Assembly: GCF_055900595.2 (NCBI RefSeq)
Contig: NZ_CM148325.1
DNA: 64,000 bases
Reading direction: 5' to 3' (one strand)
Under the pieces are notes generated by a model that did not search any database, was not told the DNA's origin, and saw nothing but the letters and a program-made list of their open reading frames with translations. The position numbers were made by a program, and so were the translations under genes. Shown here piece by piece: positions 1 to 11,195 of this stretch; position 1 is the first letter of the stretch; each line of letters opens with the position of its first letter.

Positions 1-1069
1 CCAGTTCATGACATTTTTGCAGGGCGAAGGCAAACCAGCTTTTCACTTCTGCATCAAGACGCGTTTCCACGCTCAGGTCGATAGGGCTGTGCAGCAATGA
101 GCAGGAAGATGCCACCCACAAATCACGTTTGCCGACAATGTCCTTAATTTGCGCATATTTCTCGGTAAGATCGGCGCGCCAGACGTTACGACCATTGATA
201 AGACCAGCAGATAGCAGCCAGTCAGAAGGCAGACGCTTGTGCAGTTCAGCAACGTCATCTTTACCATGTACGAGATCGACATGCAGACCCTGAACAGGCA
301 GCGCAGTAATGGTGTCGAGATTTGGCGTTACGCCTTCAAAATAGGTAGTCAGCAGCAGTTTCACCTGGCCCTGGAGCGCGTCGTAAGCGGGTTTATAGGC
401 GTCCAGCCACGCCTGCGGCAGTTCCAGCACCAGCGCGGGTTCGTCGATCTGTACCCACTCAATGCCGCGTTTTGCCAGTTCTGCCAACACTTGCTGATAA
501 ACCGGCAGAATGTCGTTTAGCAGGCTCAGGCGATCAAACTGTTCACCTTTCACTTTACCCAGCCACAGGTAGGTAACCGGTCCCAGCAGCACGGGCTTGA
601 CCTTGTGGCCCAGCGCCAGCGCCTCGTCCACTTCCTCCAGCAGTTGCGTCCAGGTCAGTTTGAACTGTTGGCCTTTAACGAACTCCGGCACCATGTAGTG
701 ATAGTTGGTGTTAAACCATTTGGTCATTTCCGCTGCCGCCGCAGGTTCGCCAGTCGGCGCACGTCCACGACCAATACGGAACAGGGTGTCGATATCTACC
801 GAACCATCTTTGTTCTGGTGACGCGCCGGAACGTTACCCAGCAGCAGGCTGGTGGTCAGGACATGATCGTACCAGGCAAAATCACCCACCGGCAGCAGGT
901 CGATACCTGCTTGCTTTTGTTGATCCCAGTGACGAGCACGCAGTTCACGCCCTACCGCCAGCAGTTCTTCACGCGTGGAGTTCCCCGCCCAATAACTCTC
1001 TTGCGCTTTTTTCAGCTCGCGACGCAGGCCAACGCGAGGGAAACCGAGGGTGTGATTAAGAATTGTCAT
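1..1069 (-). CDS. metE: Cobalamin-independent methionine synthase MetE, N-terminal part only; the 3' end of the gene lies beyond the window start
   Basis: Minus-strand reading from ATG (plus 'cat' at 1067-1069) gives [21 protein letters not shown]..., which I recognise as the MetE N-terminus. Absent from the ORF track because no stop falls inside the window. Divergent from metR as in E. coli. Confidence 0.9.
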   Translation of the reverse strand, partial: MTILNHTLGFPRVGLRRELKKAQESYWAGNSTREELLAVGRELRARHWDQQKQAGIDLLPVGDFAWYDHVLTTSLLLGNVPARHQNKDGSVDIDTLFRIGRGRAPTGEPAAAAEMTKWFNTNYHYMVPEFVKGQQFKLTWTQLLEEVDEALALGHKVKPVLLGPVTYLWLGKVKGEQFDRLSLLNDILPVYQQVLAELAKRGIEWVQIDEPALVLELPQAWLDAYKPAYDALQGQVKLLLTTYFEGVTPNLDTITALPVQGLHVDLVHGKDDVAELHKRLPSDWLLSAGLINGRNVWRADLTEKYAQIKDIVGKRDLWVASSCSLLHSPIDLSVETRLDAEVKSWFAFALQKCHEL

Positions 1070-1186
1070 TATATGCCCCTTATGGAATTTTTAGTATTTA
1101 GCCGTCCAGATGTTTACACATCCATAATTGGCGGTTACTGTATATTCCTCAAGCGCAAATTATTCATGCCGAAGTGAAGGACTTTC
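1070..1186. promoter_or_regulatory. metE–metR divergent control region (expected MetR and MetJ operator sites)
   Basis: 117-bp gap between the divergent metE and metR starts. Contains met-box-like octamers (AGATGTTT, ACACATCC around 1108-1125) resembling the AGACGTCT consensus. Site positions were not verified. Confidence 0.45.
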
Positions 1187-2140
1187 ATGATCGAAGTAAA
1201 ACACCTGAAAACGCTACAAGCGTTGCGGAACTGCGGCTCACTCGCAGCCGCTGCGGCGACGTTGCATCAAACGCAATCCGCCCTGTCTCACCAGTTTAGC
1301 GATCTGGAACAACGCCTTGGCTTCCGGCTATTTGTGCGTAAAAGCCAGCCGCTTCGGTTTACACCGCAGGGAGAAATCCTGTTGCAACTGGCGAATCAGG
1401 TGCTGCCGCAAATCAGCCAGGCACTGCAAGCCTGCAATGAACCGCAGCAGACGCGCCTGCGCATTGCCATTGAGTGCCATAGCTGTATTCAGTGGCTGAC
1501 GCCCGCGTTAGAAAATTTCCATAAGAACTGGCCGCAGGTGGAGATGGATTTTAAATCGGGCGTGACGTTTGACCCGCAGCCCGCGTTGCAGCAGGGTGAG
1601 CTGGATCTGGTGATGACCTCCGATATTCTGCCGCGCAGTGGCCTGCATTATTCGCCGATGTTCGATTATGAAGTGCGTCTGGTGTTGGCACCTGACCATC
1701 CACTGGCGACAAAAACGCGAATCACGCCGGAAGATCTCGCCAGCGAGACGCTGTTAATTTATCCGGTGCAGCGTAGCCGACTGGATGTCTGGCGGCATTT
1801 TCTTCAGCCCGCAGGCGTTAGCCCGTCACTGAAAAGCGTCGATAACACCTTGTTGTTGATTCAGATGGTTGCCGCACGGATGGGCATCGCTGCTCTACCG
1901 CACTGGGTGGTGGAGAGTTTTGAACGCCAGGGTCTGGTGGTCACCAAAACCCTGGGCGAAGGCTTGTGGAGCCGACTGTACGCCGCCGTTCGCGATGGTG
2001 AGCAGCGTCAGCCGATTACGGAAGCGTTTATTCGTTCAGCGCGCAATCACGCCTGCGATCATCTGCCGTTTGTGAAGAGCGCGGAGCGACCCACTTACGA
2101 TGCACCCACAGTGAGGCCAGGATCACCAGCGCGCCTGTAA
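1187..2140 (+). CDS. metR: LysR-family transcriptional activator MetR
   Basis: 317-aa ORF beginning [45 protein letters not shown], an HTH LysR-type N-terminus matching MetR, divergent from metE. Confidence 0.95.
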   Translation: MIEVKHLKTLQALRNCGSLAAAAATLHQTQSALSHQFSDLEQRLGFRLFVRKSQPLRFTPQGEILLQLANQVLPQISQALQACNEPQQTRLRIAIECHSCIQWLTPALENFHKNWPQVEMDFKSGVTFDPQPALQQGELDLVMTSDILPRSGLHYSPMFDYEVRLVLAPDHPLATKTRITPEDLASETLLIYPVQRSRLDVWRHFLQPAGVSPSLKSVDNTLLLIQMVAARMGIAALPHWVVESFERQGLVVTKTLGEGLWSRLYAAVRDGEQRQPITEAFIRSARNHACDHLPFVKSAERPTYDAPTVRPGSPARL

Positions 2141-2927
2141 TAAACGTTGGCCAGTGCGGCTGTTGGTGCCAGATAGCCAGGTTAACCAACAGCCCTGCCG
2201 GAACGTGCATATTATTCATAATGCCCAGCGTTCCGGCGTCCACCTGAGTCGCGCCGTAGTTCCACATAAAGTAGCCAATACCGGAAGCCACCACGCCAAG
2301 AAACACCAGAATGCCCCATTGCAGCGTGGTTTGCGGCATTTTCTGCGCATTTCCCAGCAAGAACCATGCAATCACCGCCACCAGGAACGCGCCAAGATAG
2401 AACCACGCAAAGGCGTTATGCTGCGGCATCGGGCGAGTTTCCATCAGGCGTTTGTAGCCCACCATGCCGATGGCAAAAGTGATATTGGAGAGTTGCACCA
2501 GCAACAGGCCGGTCCAGAAATGGTCAGTGACCTGATCATAGCGAATAATCCCGGCACCAATCACCGCCAACAAGGCGCTAAAAGCATAGCCCCAGCGCAG
2601 ACGGCGCTTACTCATGATGTCATAAATCAGCGTGATGTAGAGCGGCGTCAGTACGGTGAACAGCAACAGTTCGGAGACCGTCAGGTAGAGATAGGCGCGA
2701 AAACTCAGCATATACATCACGCCAAGCTGCATCGCGCCCACCAGCATATACAGACCGACCGTTTTCAGGCTATTGCCACGGGTACGCAGAAACGGCAGAA
2801 ACACGAGTGCCGCCAGGCCAACGCGCACCAGCACTGCAAAATAGCTATCGACGTGCCCCGCAAGGTACTCGCCATAAAAGCTAAAGGAGAAGGCCCACAG
2901 AATCGTGGTGATGATAAGTAGCGCCAC
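2028..2927 (-). CDS. yigM: Inner-membrane EamA/DMT-family transporter YigM (biotin uptake, BioP)
   Basis: The track ORF (2028..3002) is N-terminally extended. The polytopic membrane protein matches YigM (299 aa) if it starts at the GTG at 2925-2927 ([15 protein letters not shown]...). Its 3' end overlaps the metR 3' end by 113 bp. Confidence 0.85.
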   Translation of the reverse strand: MALLIITTILWAFSFSFYGEYLAGHVDSYFAVLVRVGLAALVFLPFLRTRGNSLKTVGLYMLVGAMQLGVMYMLSFRAYLYLTVSELLLFTVLTPLYITLIYDIMSKRRLRWGYAFSALLAVIGAGIIRYDQVTDHFWTGLLLVQLSNITFAIGMVGYKRLMETRPMPQHNAFAWFYLGAFLVAVIAWFLLGNAQKMPQTTLQWGILVFLGVVASGIGYFMWNYGATQVDAGTLGIMNNMHVPAGLLVNLAIWHQQPHWPTFITGALVILASLWVHRKWVAPRSSQTADDRRRDCALNE

Positions 2928-3002
2928 AATGGAAAACTCTTTGATTAACGAGTATCCATTGTAGCGAAGTATCAGGTTGACAACTGACCAAATAAAGAAC
3001 AA

Positions 3003-3803
3003 TTACGATAAATAGAGTTTACGCAGATAATGCGGCACCGCGTCGTCGGCATTAGTACCAATCACTTCCAGCTCCGGATGCAGATCTTTCAGACGCTGGT
3101 GCGCACTGCCCATAATGCAGCCTTTACCTGCCATCGACAGCATTTCGGCGTCGTTCATCCCGTCACCAAAGGCAATACAATCTTTCAGACTGTAGCCCAG
3201 TTTCTTCGCTACCGCTTCCAGGGCATGGCCTTTTGAAACGCCACCCGCCATCACTTCCAGACAAGTTAGGGTAGAGAAGCTGACGTTGACGCGATCGCCC
3301 CAACGAGCGTTGATTGCCTGCTCCAGCGGCAGCAGTTGCTCATGGGAATCGCAGGTGAAGAACACTTTGCTGACGCCTTCCGGCTCCAGTAATCCTGGCT
3401 CATACAGCGCATATTTGAACACCGCTTCTTTAAAAAAGCGCATCTCTTCCGGGCGGTGGCGATTCATAAACCATTCGTCGTCGCGATAAACGTTAGTAAT
3501 GATGTCCGGGTTGTCGTTGACCACGCCAAACAGATCGCTGGCAATGTCGCGATCCAGGTTATGAGCAAAAATCAGATTGCCATCCAGATCGTGAACACGC
3601 GCGCCATTGGAGGTAATCATGTAAGACTTAATCTCCAGATTATCGCGAATTTGCCCTACATCAACGTGGTGGCGACCGGTCGCAAACACAAAGTTAATGC
3701 CGCGCGCGGTGAGCAGCTTCAGAGTTTCTTTGGCGTAAGGGGATAACGTATGGTCGGGAGAAAGTAACGTGCCATCTAAATCAGACGCAACAACCTGGTA
3801 CAT
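3003..3803 (-). CDS. yigL: HAD-superfamily sugar-phosphate phosphatase YigL
   Basis: Track ORF 3003..3929 trimmed to the internal ATG at 3801-3803, giving MYQVVASDLDGTLLSPDHTLSPYAKETLKLLTARGINFVFATGR (the HAD DxDGT motif), 266 aa. Immediately downstream of pldB, as in the pldB-yigL operon. Confidence 0.9.
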   Translation of the reverse strand: MYQVVASDLDGTLLSPDHTLSPYAKETLKLLTARGINFVFATGRHHVDVGQIRDNLEIKSYMITSNGARVHDLDGNLIFAHNLDRDIASDLFGVVNDNPDIITNVYRDDEWFMNRHRPEEMRFFKEAVFKYALYEPGLLEPEGVSKVFFTCDSHEQLLPLEQAINARWGDRVNVSFSTLTCLEVMAGGVSKGHALEAVAKKLGYSLKDCIAFGDGMNDAEMLSMAGKGCIMGSAHQRLKDLHPELEVIGTNADDAVPHYLRKLYLS

Positions 3804-3810
3804 AAGAAAT

Positions 3811-4833
3811 TTAAACCTCTGTAGAGCGGTTTCCGCTGGGTGAGTTATGCCTGTTGAAAAAATCAACAATGGCGTGGAGCGCGACTGAGCGCATTGCGTC
3901 CTTTTCAAAAAGGATCTCATGGTACGCACCTTTAATTACCAGCGGTCGTCCCCCTTCGACAGGATGGCCCGCAGCGGTGCGGAGTTCACAAAAACGGTCG
4001 TGCATGCGGTTATCCACCACGCGTTCCTCTTCAGCCTGCAAGAGAAGCGTTGGCGTGGCGTCATCACCCGCACCGGCTAACACCTGTTCGCCAGCCAGAA
4101 TACTTTCGCGTACCCAATGGTAGGTCGGCCCACCGACGCGAATCGTTGGGTCATCAGCATAGAAGCGTAAGTTACGTCGATATCGCTGTCTGCTGTGGGT
4201 CAGTACGTTGATAGCAAACGGCAACGCGCGCCAGCGCCCGGTGCCTATTGCATAGCCATCACGGAAACGGGGATGCGCTTCGGCCCAGTTAAGGATCTGC
4301 CGCGCCATAAATGACGGCATACGAATCACGATCCCAAACATTGGCGCAGTTAGCGCAATGGCGTCACATACACCTGGATGGCGTTGCAGAAATAACGTGG
4401 AGATCGCACCGCCCATCGAATGTGCCAGTATATAGCGCTTACGCCACGGACCGGGCTGGACCTCCTGTTGCCAGAATGCCGCCAGATCATCAACATAATC
4501 ATTAAAGCGATTAACATGCCCAAGATGCGGATCGGCTAACAGGCGACCGGAACGTCCCTGCCCGCGATGGTCGATGATTAAGACATCAAACCCCAAATGG
4601 AACAGGTCGTAGGCCAGTTCCGCATATTTTACGTAGCTCTCAATACGCCCCGGGCAGATGACTATCACCCGGTCATGGTGCTGTGCGCGAAAACGGACAA
4701 AGCGCACCGGAATGTCATCTACACCAGTAAACTCTGCTTCATCACGCTGACGCCAGAAATCAGTCAGCGGTCCCATGGTAAAAGCAGCAAACGCGTTTTC
4801 TCTTGTTTCCCAGTCTTTTTGCTGCTGAAACAT
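3811..4833 (-). CDS. pldB: Lysophospholipase L2
   Basis: 340-aa ORF (MFQQQKDWETRENAFAAFTMGPL...), alpha/beta hydrolase with a GHSMGG nucleophile elbow. Length and sequence match PldB. Confidence 0.95.
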   Translation of the reverse strand: MFQQQKDWETRENAFAAFTMGPLTDFWRQRDEAEFTGVDDIPVRFVRFRAQHHDRVIVICPGRIESYVKYAELAYDLFHLGFDVLIIDHRGQGRSGRLLADPHLGHVNRFNDYVDDLAAFWQQEVQPGPWRKRYILAHSMGGAISTLFLQRHPGVCDAIALTAPMFGIVIRMPSFMARQILNWAEAHPRFRDGYAIGTGRWRALPFAINVLTHSRQRYRRNLRFYADDPTIRVGGPTYHWVRESILAGEQVLAGAGDDATPTLLLQAEEERVVDNRMHDRFCELRTAAGHPVEGGRPLVIKGAYHEILFEKDAMRSVALHAIVDFFNRHNSPSGNRSTEV

Positions 4834-4943
4834 CGGGTAATCTGCCTCTTAAACCACGTAAAATCGTTTTTTTAAGCGTGTCTGACACAACGCTGCGACA
4901 GTAGCGTATTGTGGCACAAAAATAGACACACCGGGAGTTCATC

Positions 4944-5564
4944 ATGACCTTAGAATGGTGGTTTGCCTACCTGCTAACATCAATCATTTTAAGCCTGTCG
5001 CCAGGCTCTGGTGCAATCAACACCATGACCACCTCGCTCAACCACGGTTATCGTGGTGCGATGGCGTCTATTGCTGGGCTTCAGACCGGACTGGCGATTC
5101 ATATTGTGCTGGTTGGTGTGGGGTTGGGTACGCTATTCTCCCGCTCAGTGATTGCGTTTGAAGTGTTGAAGTGGGCAGGAGCAGCTTATTTGATTTGGCT
5201 GGGTATCCAGCAGTGGCGTGCTGCTGGCGCAATTGATCTTAAATCGCTGGCCTCTACTCAATCGCGCCGACATTTGTTCCAACGCGCAGTGTTTGTGAAT
5301 CTCACCAATCCCAAAAGTATTGTGTTTCTGGCGGCGCTCTTTCCGCAATTCATCATGCTGCAGCAGCCGCAACTGATGCAGTATATCGTGCTCGGCGTCA
5401 CCACTATTGTGGTCGATATTATTGTGATGATCGGTTACGCCACCCTCGCCCAACGGATCGCATTATGGATAAAAGGGCCAAAACAGATGAAGGCATTGAA
5501 TAAGATTTTCGGCTCGTTGTTTATGCTGGTAGGAGCGTTGTTGGCATCGGCGAGGCATGCGTGA
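4944..5564 (+). CDS. rhtB: LysE/RhtB-family homoserine / homoserine-lactone exporter
   Basis: 206-aa membrane protein ([28 protein letters not shown]...), divergent from pldB and convergent with rhtC, as in E. coli. Confidence 0.95.
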   Translation: MTLEWWFAYLLTSIILSLSPGSGAINTMTTSLNHGYRGAMASIAGLQTGLAIHIVLVGVGLGTLFSRSVIAFEVLKWAGAAYLIWLGIQQWRAAGAIDLKSLASTQSRRHLFQRAVFVNLTNPKSIVFLAALFPQFIMLQQPQLMQYIVLGVTTIVVDIIVMIGYATLAQRIALWIKGPKQMKALNKIFGSLFMLVGALLASARHA

Positions 5565-5572
5565 AAAATAAT

Positions 5573-5602
5573 GTCGGATGCGGCGTAAACGCCTTATCCG
5601 AC
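5573..5602. repeat. REP (repetitive extragenic palindromic) element between the convergent rhtB and rhtC
   Basis: GTCGGATGCGGCGTAAACGCCTTATCCGAC, a canonical REP palindrome with the GCCGGATG/CATCCGGC-type core. Confidence 0.8.
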
Positions 5603-5625
5603 TTACTCTGATGACGCGTCTGGCA

Positions 5626-6246
5626 TCAACGCGAAATAATCAAATGAATACCAAATCCGGCAAATAACGCCCCGGCAAAACCATCAATCCACTTCGCCAG
5701 ACGTTGATAACCACGGCGCATTTGCGGCAGGGCAAACAGGCTGGCAACGACGGTAAACCACGCCAGTGTTTCGATAATAATCAACGCGAAAATGCCCCAG
5801 CGCTCAGTGGTGCCGACGTTATCGCCGACAAACAGCGAGAATACCGAACCAAAGTAGATAATCGCTTTCGGATTGGCGAGATTGGTCAGTAAGCCTTTCA
5901 GGAAACTGCGCCCGCTTTTTGCCAGTTCTACCTGTGGCGCAGGCGCAGAAACGACCTCTTTTTTCAGTGCGCTACGCAGCATCTGATAACCCATCCAGCA
6001 GAGATACAGGCCACCGCCCACCATAATCAGCGTATGCAGCCAGGCCATTTTTTCGATAATCAAATGCAGGCCAAGCAACGCGATCCCTGCCCAGACCATT
6101 ACGCCGCAGGTAATGCCCAGCACGCCCATCATCGCTTCTTTGCGCGAACGGCTAACGGCAGTCTGGGAGACAAAAAAGAAATCGGGACCGGGGCTCATAA
6201 GCGCCACGATATGAACCATGGCGACGGTGAGGAATAACATCAACAT
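5626..6246 (-). CDS. rhtC: LysE/RhtB-family threonine exporter
   Basis: 206-aa ORF (MLMLFLTVAMVHIVALMSPGPDFFFVSQTAVSRSRKEAMMG...) matching RhtC. Confidence 0.95.
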   Translation of the reverse strand: MLMLFLTVAMVHIVALMSPGPDFFFVSQTAVSRSRKEAMMGVLGITCGVMVWAGIALLGLHLIIEKMAWLHTLIMVGGGLYLCWMGYQMLRSALKKEVVSAPAPQVELAKSGRSFLKGLLTNLANPKAIIYFGSVFSLFVGDNVGTTERWGIFALIIIETLAWFTVVASLFALPQMRRGYQRLAKWIDGFAGALFAGFGIHLIISR

Positions 6247-6309
6247 ACAATTGACTCGCGGGGAAATCGTTTACGGAGTCTTCATCCTGGCACTTTTTTA
6301 TGCCGCTGA

Positions 6310-8139
6310 CTACTCTTCGTCGTCGCCATCGACATGCGCACGGATAAGTGCCATAAACGGTTTGCCAAAGCGCTCCAGTTTGCGCATCCCAACGCCGTTA
6401 ACGCTGAGCATTTCGCTGGCGGTGATTGGCATCTGTTCCGCCATCTCAATCAGGGTCGCGTCGTTAAACACCACATACGGCGGGACATTACTTTCATCAG
6501 CAATGGATTTACGCAGTTTGCGTAATTTGGCGAACAGTTTGCGATCGTAATTGCCACCGAACGATTTCTGCATCGCTTTCGGTTTGAGCGCCACAATACG
6601 CGGCACGGCAAGTTGTAAAGAGGATTCGCCGCGCAACACCGGGCGCGCGGCCTCTGTCAGTTGTAGGGCAGAATGCTGCGCAATATTTTGCGTCACCAGG
6701 CCGAGGTGAATCAGCTGGCGGATCACGCTGACCCAATGTTCATGGCTTTTATCGCGACCCATGCCGTAGACTTTCAGTTTGTCATGACCATAGTCGCGGA
6801 TTCGCTGGTTATTGGCGCCGCGAATCACTTCCACTACATAGCCCATACCAAAACGCTGATTCACACGACCAATGGTGGAAAGCGCAATCTGCGCATCGGT
6901 TGAACCATCGTACTGTTTCGGCGGATCGAGGCAGATATCGCAGTTCCCGCACGGCTCCTGCCGCCCTTCGCCAAAATAGTTCAGCAGCACCAGACGACGG
7001 CAAGTTTGCGCTTCGGCAAACGCGCCCATCGCATTGAGTTTATGACGTTCGATATCCTGCAACTGCCCCTGCGGCTTCTCTTCCAGGCAACGGCGCAGCC
7101 ACGCCATATCCGCTGGATCGTAAAACAGCATCGCTTCCGCGGGCAGGCCATCACGCCCGGCGCGTCCGGTTTCCTGATAATAGGATTCGATATTGCGCGG
7201 AATATCAAAGTGGACCACGAAGCGGACGTTTGGTTTATTGATGCCCATGCCGAACGCCACCGTCGCCACCACAATTTGCAGGTCATCGCGCTGGAATTTT
7301 TCCTGCACGTCCGCACGGACATCGTTTTCAAGCCCGGCGTGATAAGCCGCTGCGCTGATACCCTTGCTTTGCAGACGCGCTGCGGTGTCTTCTACTTTCG
7401 CACGACTATTACAGTAAATAATCCCCGACTTACCGCGTTGTTCCTGCACGTAGCGCATCAGCTGATCGAGAGGTTTGAACTTCTCCATCAGCATGTAGCG
7501 AATATTCGGGCGATCAAAACTGCTGATTTGAATCAGCGGATCGTTCAGCCCCAGCAGGCGCACGATATCCTGCCGCGTGGTGTCGTCGGCGGTGGCGGTT
7601 AGCGCCATAAACGGCAGAGTAGGAAAACGCTGACGCAGCTGACCGAGCGCGGCGTATTCCGGGCGGAAATCGTGCCCCCATTGGGAGATACAGTGCGCTT
7701 CATCAACGGCTAATAACACTGGATTCCAGTGCGCCAGATGCTCAAGGAAGTTATCCAGCATCAGGCGTTCCGGCGCGATATACAGCAGGCGGATTTGCCC
7801 GGTGCGGCAGCCTGTCATTACTTCAAGCTGCTGCTCGCGGGTTTGCGTCGAGTTAAGGCACGCCGCCGCCACGCCGTTGGCCTGTAGCTGATCCACCTGA
7901 TCTTTCATCAACGAAATCAGTGGTGAAACAACCACGGTAAGACCGTTTAGCAGTAAGGCAGGAATTTGATAGCAAAGGGATTTTCCGCCACCAGTGGGCA
8001 TGACGACCAGGCAATCGCGACCGGAAAGTACGGTGTCGATAATCTCTTCCTGGCCGGGGCGAAACTGTTGGTAGCCAAAGGTTTCTTGTAAAACCTGTTT
8101 AGCCCCGGACTCCAGATTCAACACTTCCGCCTGCGCCAC
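6310..8139 (-). CDS. recQ: ATP-dependent DNA helicase RecQ
   Basis: 609-aa ORF with the helicase motifs PTGGGKS and DEAH (in [19 protein letters not shown]), plus the Zn-binding CGNCDIC and a C-terminal HRDC region. Starts at a GTG (plus 'cac' at 8137-8139). Confidence 0.95.
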   Translation of the reverse strand: MAQAEVLNLESGAKQVLQETFGYQQFRPGQEEIIDTVLSGRDCLVVMPTGGGKSLCYQIPALLLNGLTVVVSPLISLMKDQVDQLQANGVAAACLNSTQTREQQLEVMTGCRTGQIRLLYIAPERLMLDNFLEHLAHWNPVLLAVDEAHCISQWGHDFRPEYAALGQLRQRFPTLPFMALTATADDTTRQDIVRLLGLNDPLIQISSFDRPNIRYMLMEKFKPLDQLMRYVQEQRGKSGIIYCNSRAKVEDTAARLQSKGISAAAYHAGLENDVRADVQEKFQRDDLQIVVATVAFGMGINKPNVRFVVHFDIPRNIESYYQETGRAGRDGLPAEAMLFYDPADMAWLRRCLEEKPQGQLQDIERHKLNAMGAFAEAQTCRRLVLLNYFGEGRQEPCGNCDICLDPPKQYDGSTDAQIALSTIGRVNQRFGMGYVVEVIRGANNQRIRDYGHDKLKVYGMGRDKSHEHWVSVIRQLIHLGLVTQNIAQHSALQLTEAARPVLRGESSLQLAVPRIVALKPKAMQKSFGGNYDRKLFAKLRKLRKSIADESNVPPYVVFNDATLIEMAEQMPITASEMLSVNGVGMRKLERFGKPFMALIRAHVDGDDEE

Positions 8140-8157
8140 ATTAACCCCGATTGCCTG

Positions 8158-8188
8158 AAATAAAAACAGGCGCTATTTTCAGCGCCTG
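8158..8188 (-). terminator. Rho-independent terminator downstream of pldA
   Basis: Minus-strand hairpin CAGGCGCT–GAAAAT–AGCGCCTG followed by TTTTTATTT (plus-strand A-run 8158-8166), between the pldA stop and the recQ start. Confidence 0.7.
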
Positions 8189-8270
8189 CGCGAGAAACTG
8201 CAATGCTTTTAGTCTCTGAGAGGGTAATCCTGGATGCTGGATTCCAGTTTTGCCTTTCAATCAACTCACA

Positions 8271-9140
8271 TTAGAACAAGTCGTTTAGCATAACCCCCAC
8301 ACCCACACGGGTCTGGTTAAAGTTATAGTCGATGAGCGATTCGCCATAACCGCTGTAAACCTGGGTATAAAGGCGCACATGCCTGGTGATCGGGTAACTT
8401 AAGCCTAACTCCGCACCACCGTAACCGGTGTTCCAGTTGTACTGTCCTTTCGCACTCAGCACCGCATCACCCAGGTGATAGCCGATTTTAAGCTGGTAGT
8501 AACCCATATATTTGGTGATATCTGGGTTATCGTCAGTATTCCCCACCACATACCACGGCTTCACCTCTACCAGCCAGTTACCGTTTTCTGCCATCAGACG
8601 GGTATAAAGGCGGTTCCAGCTGCGGGAAGTCGGGTCTGAACGCCCGTTAGAGTCGTGGTTATAACCCATCTCCACATCGCGCAGCGTCCAGCCAGCAAAG
8701 CGGTAATCTGTGGCAAAACCAAGGAACAATTGCGGTTCGTAGTTGGTTTCACGAAACGGTGAAGACTCTTCGCTATTGGACAGTTGCCACCAGGATTTTT
8801 GCGTGTAAGAAGCTCCCAACACCGAATTTGGCCCCAATATTCCGCGCCACAGCGGAAATGCCAGACTCAACTGGAATTTCACTTCATCCTTACGCGCATT
8901 TTCCGCCCAGTCATAACTGGCAATCGCTTCTTTATTCAGATCGCTGGTTTGGGTGTAGATGAGGTAGTTGGTGTCATAAGGATAGAGCGTGAAAGGATTG
9001 TCATGCTCCTGCAGCATATTCGCAATAATACTGCCACGCACCGCAGGCGCGTCATGCACCTCTTTTACCGTTGCCTCTTGCGCATACACTGCCATTGGCA
9101 ACATAAACACCGGCAACAACCAGCCCTGCAGAGTCCGCAT
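8271..9140 (-). CDS. pldA: Outer-membrane phospholipase A1 (OMPLA)
   Basis: 289-aa ORF with an N-terminal signal peptide (MRTLQGWLLPVFMLPMAVYAQEA...) and the conserved catalytic region (YNHDSNGRSDPTSRSWNR), matching PldA. Confidence 0.95.
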   Translation of the reverse strand: MRTLQGWLLPVFMLPMAVYAQEATVKEVHDAPAVRGSIIANMLQEHDNPFTLYPYDTNYLIYTQTSDLNKEAIASYDWAENARKDEVKFQLSLAFPLWRGILGPNSVLGASYTQKSWWQLSNSEESSPFRETNYEPQLFLGFATDYRFAGWTLRDVEMGYNHDSNGRSDPTSRSWNRLYTRLMAENGNWLVEVKPWYVVGNTDDNPDITKYMGYYQLKIGYHLGDAVLSAKGQYNWNTGYGGAELGLSYPITRHVRLYTQVYSGYGESLIDYNFNQTRVGVGVMLNDLF

Positions 9141-9304
9141 CGGTCGTGTTCTCCGTAACGAATTATTGATTAGATGAATATTTTTCTGCGGGCTATTTTA
9201 CATACTTAACTCCTTTGCCGTTAGTTATCCCTTCCTAAAGTAGAAACCAACAAAAAAGAAGCATAAAATCAACATTTCATTAACCAATAAAGTGTAAGGA
9301 TGAT

Positions 9305-9772
9305 ATGTCTGCCGTACTGACCGCTGAACAAGCCCTGAAATTAGTGGGTGAGATGTTTGTTTATCACATGCCATTTAACCGTGCGTTAGGGATGGAACTG
9401 GAGCGTTACGAAAAAGAGTTCGCACAGCTGGCCTTTAAAAATCAGCCAATGATGGTGGGTAACTGGGCGCAAAGCATTTTGCACGGCGGGGTCATTGCGT
9501 CGGCGCTGGATGTCGCCGCAGGTCTGGTGTGCGTGGGAAGTACCTTAACCCGCCACGAAACCATCAGTGAAGATGAACTGCGCCAGCGGCTATCGCGGAT
9601 GGGGACCATTGATCTTCGCGTCGATTATCTGCGCCCAGGCAGAGGCGAGCGTTTTACTGCTACCAGTAGCCTGTTGCGGGCAGGCAATAAAGTCGCCGTC
9701 GCCCGCGTTGAATTACACAATGAAGAACAGCTTTATATTGCCAGCGCTACAGCCACCTATATGGTAGGTTGA
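9305..9772 (+). CDS. yigI: PaaI/hotdog-fold acyl-CoA thioesterase YigI
   Basis: 155-aa ORF ([36 protein letters not shown]...), in the position and with the sequence expected for YigI. Confidence 0.9.
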   Translation: MSAVLTAEQALKLVGEMFVYHMPFNRALGMELERYEKEFAQLAFKNQPMMVGNWAQSILHGGVIASALDVAAGLVCVGSTLTRHETISEDELRQRLSRMGTIDLRVDYLRPGRGERFTATSSLLRAGNKVAVARVELHNEEQLYIASATATYMVG

Positions 9773-9823
9773 TAACGTAAAAGCAGGTAAACTGCTTTTA
9801 CCAATAAAAAATGAGTTTTGCCA

Positions 9824-10714
9824 ATGGACACCAAACAAACGCGGCAGGGCGTATTACTCGCTCTTGCCGCTTATTTTATTTGGGGTATTGCGCCAGCGTA
9901 CTTCAAGCTGATTTACTACGTGCCCGCCGATGAGATCCTGACGCATCGCGTGATCTGGTCGTTTTTCTTTATGGTGGTGCTGATGAGCATCTGCCGCCAG
10001 TGGTCTTATTTAAAAACGCTGATTCAGACGCCACAGAAAATTTTTATGCTGGCCGTCTCTGCCGTACTGATTGGCGGCAACTGGCTACTGTTTATCTGGG
10101 CGGTGAACAATCACCATATGCTGGAAGCGAGCCTCGGTTATTTTATTAACCCACTGGTGAATATAGTGCTGGGAATGATTTTCCTCGGCGAGCGATTCCG
10201 CCGGATGCAATGGCTGGCGGTGATTCTGGCGATATGTGGTGTGTTGGTTCAGTTGTGGACTTTTGGTTCACTGCCGATTATCGCGCTGGGGCTGGCGTTT
10301 AGTTTTGCCTTCTACGGCCTGGTACGCAAGAAGATTGCTGTTGAAGCGCAAACCGGCATGTTAATCGAAACTATGTGGCTGCTGCCCGTGGCGGCGATTT
10401 ACCTGTTTGCTATTGCCGACAGCTCAACCAGCCATCTGGGGCAAAACCCGATGTCGCTGAATTTACTGCTGATCGCCGCCGGTATTGTCACTACCGTACC
10501 GCTGTTGTGTTTTACTGCGGCTGCGACACGCCTGCGTCTCTCAACGTTAGGCTTTTTTCAGTATATTGGCCCGACGCTGATGTTCCTGCTGGCTGTGACG
10601 TTTTATGGTGAAAAACCGGGTGCCGATAAGATGGTGACCTTCGCCTTTATTTGGGTGGCGCTGGCAATTTTTGTGATGGATGCGATTTATACGCAGCGTA
10701 GAACGTCCAAATAA
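9824..10714 (+). CDS. rarD: EamA/DMT-family inner-membrane protein RarD
   Basis: The track ORF starts at a TTG at 9818; the ATG at 9824 gives MDTKQTRQGVLLALAAYFIWGIAPAYFKL..., the RarD N-terminus (296 aa). Confidence 0.9.
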   Translation: MDTKQTRQGVLLALAAYFIWGIAPAYFKLIYYVPADEILTHRVIWSFFFMVVLMSICRQWSYLKTLIQTPQKIFMLAVSAVLIGGNWLLFIWAVNNHHMLEASLGYFINPLVNIVLGMIFLGERFRRMQWLAVILAICGVLVQLWTFGSLPIIALGLAFSFAFYGLVRKKIAVEAQTGMLIETMWLLPVAAIYLFAIADSSTSHLGQNPMSLNLLLIAAGIVTTVPLLCFTAAATRLRLSTLGFFQYIGPTLMFLLAVTFYGEKPGADKMVTFAFIWVALAIFVMDAIYTQRRTSK

Positions 10715-10801
10715 ATATATTCTGAAAAAATATGCCGACTCTTGCATGAGAGTGGGCATATTGTCATGCTGACAGGAGACTCACACAAGGATGTAAAATT
10801 T

Positions 10802-11182
10802 ATGTTGCGTATATTTATCCCAACATCTAACGGTAAGATTTCCAGACGTCGTTATATATTTTCATTTATTTTAATAAATTTCATTTTTGCCTTTCTTATT
10901 ATCTTTTTTAACGATGGGGACGCAGGTTTTCTTGTTATTGTCTCTACCATCGCACTCCATTATCTCGTCATCAACATGAATTGCCAACGACTCCGTGATA
11001 GTGGTTTCATATATATAAAAACTTATGTTTTTGGTACATTAGCAGTATATATCATCTCTATCATCACAATGATAGCCGAACATTTTGATTGTTCAGGCAA
11101 TGGTTCGATGATTTTTTTGATTTGTTATTTTTCTACTTTCAGTATGCTAATGCTTGCACCTACTGATTCATCAAAACAATAG
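10802..11182 (+). CDS. yigG: Small inner-membrane protein YigG
   Basis: Track ORF trimmed to the ATG at 10802 ([36 protein letters not shown]..., 126 aa). AT-rich coding sequence, located between rarD and yigF. Confidence 0.8.
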   Translation: MLRIFIPTSNGKISRRRYIFSFILINFIFAFLIIFFNDGDAGFLVIVSTIALHYLVINMNCQRLRDSGFIYIKTYVFGTLAVYIISIITMIAEHFDCSGNGSMIFLICYFSTFSMLMLAPTDSSKQ

Positions 11183-11195
11183 TTATGGAGTATTT

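Noticed and set aside
605-1177. 190-aa plus-strand track ORF
   Set aside because: Lies entirely antisense within metE, whose minus-strand translation gives the recognisable MetE N-terminus; a shadow ORF.
2154-2921. 255-aa plus-strand track ORF rich in H, Q and R
   Set aside because: Antisense to the yigM membrane-protein gene; low-complexity composition typical of a shadow frame.
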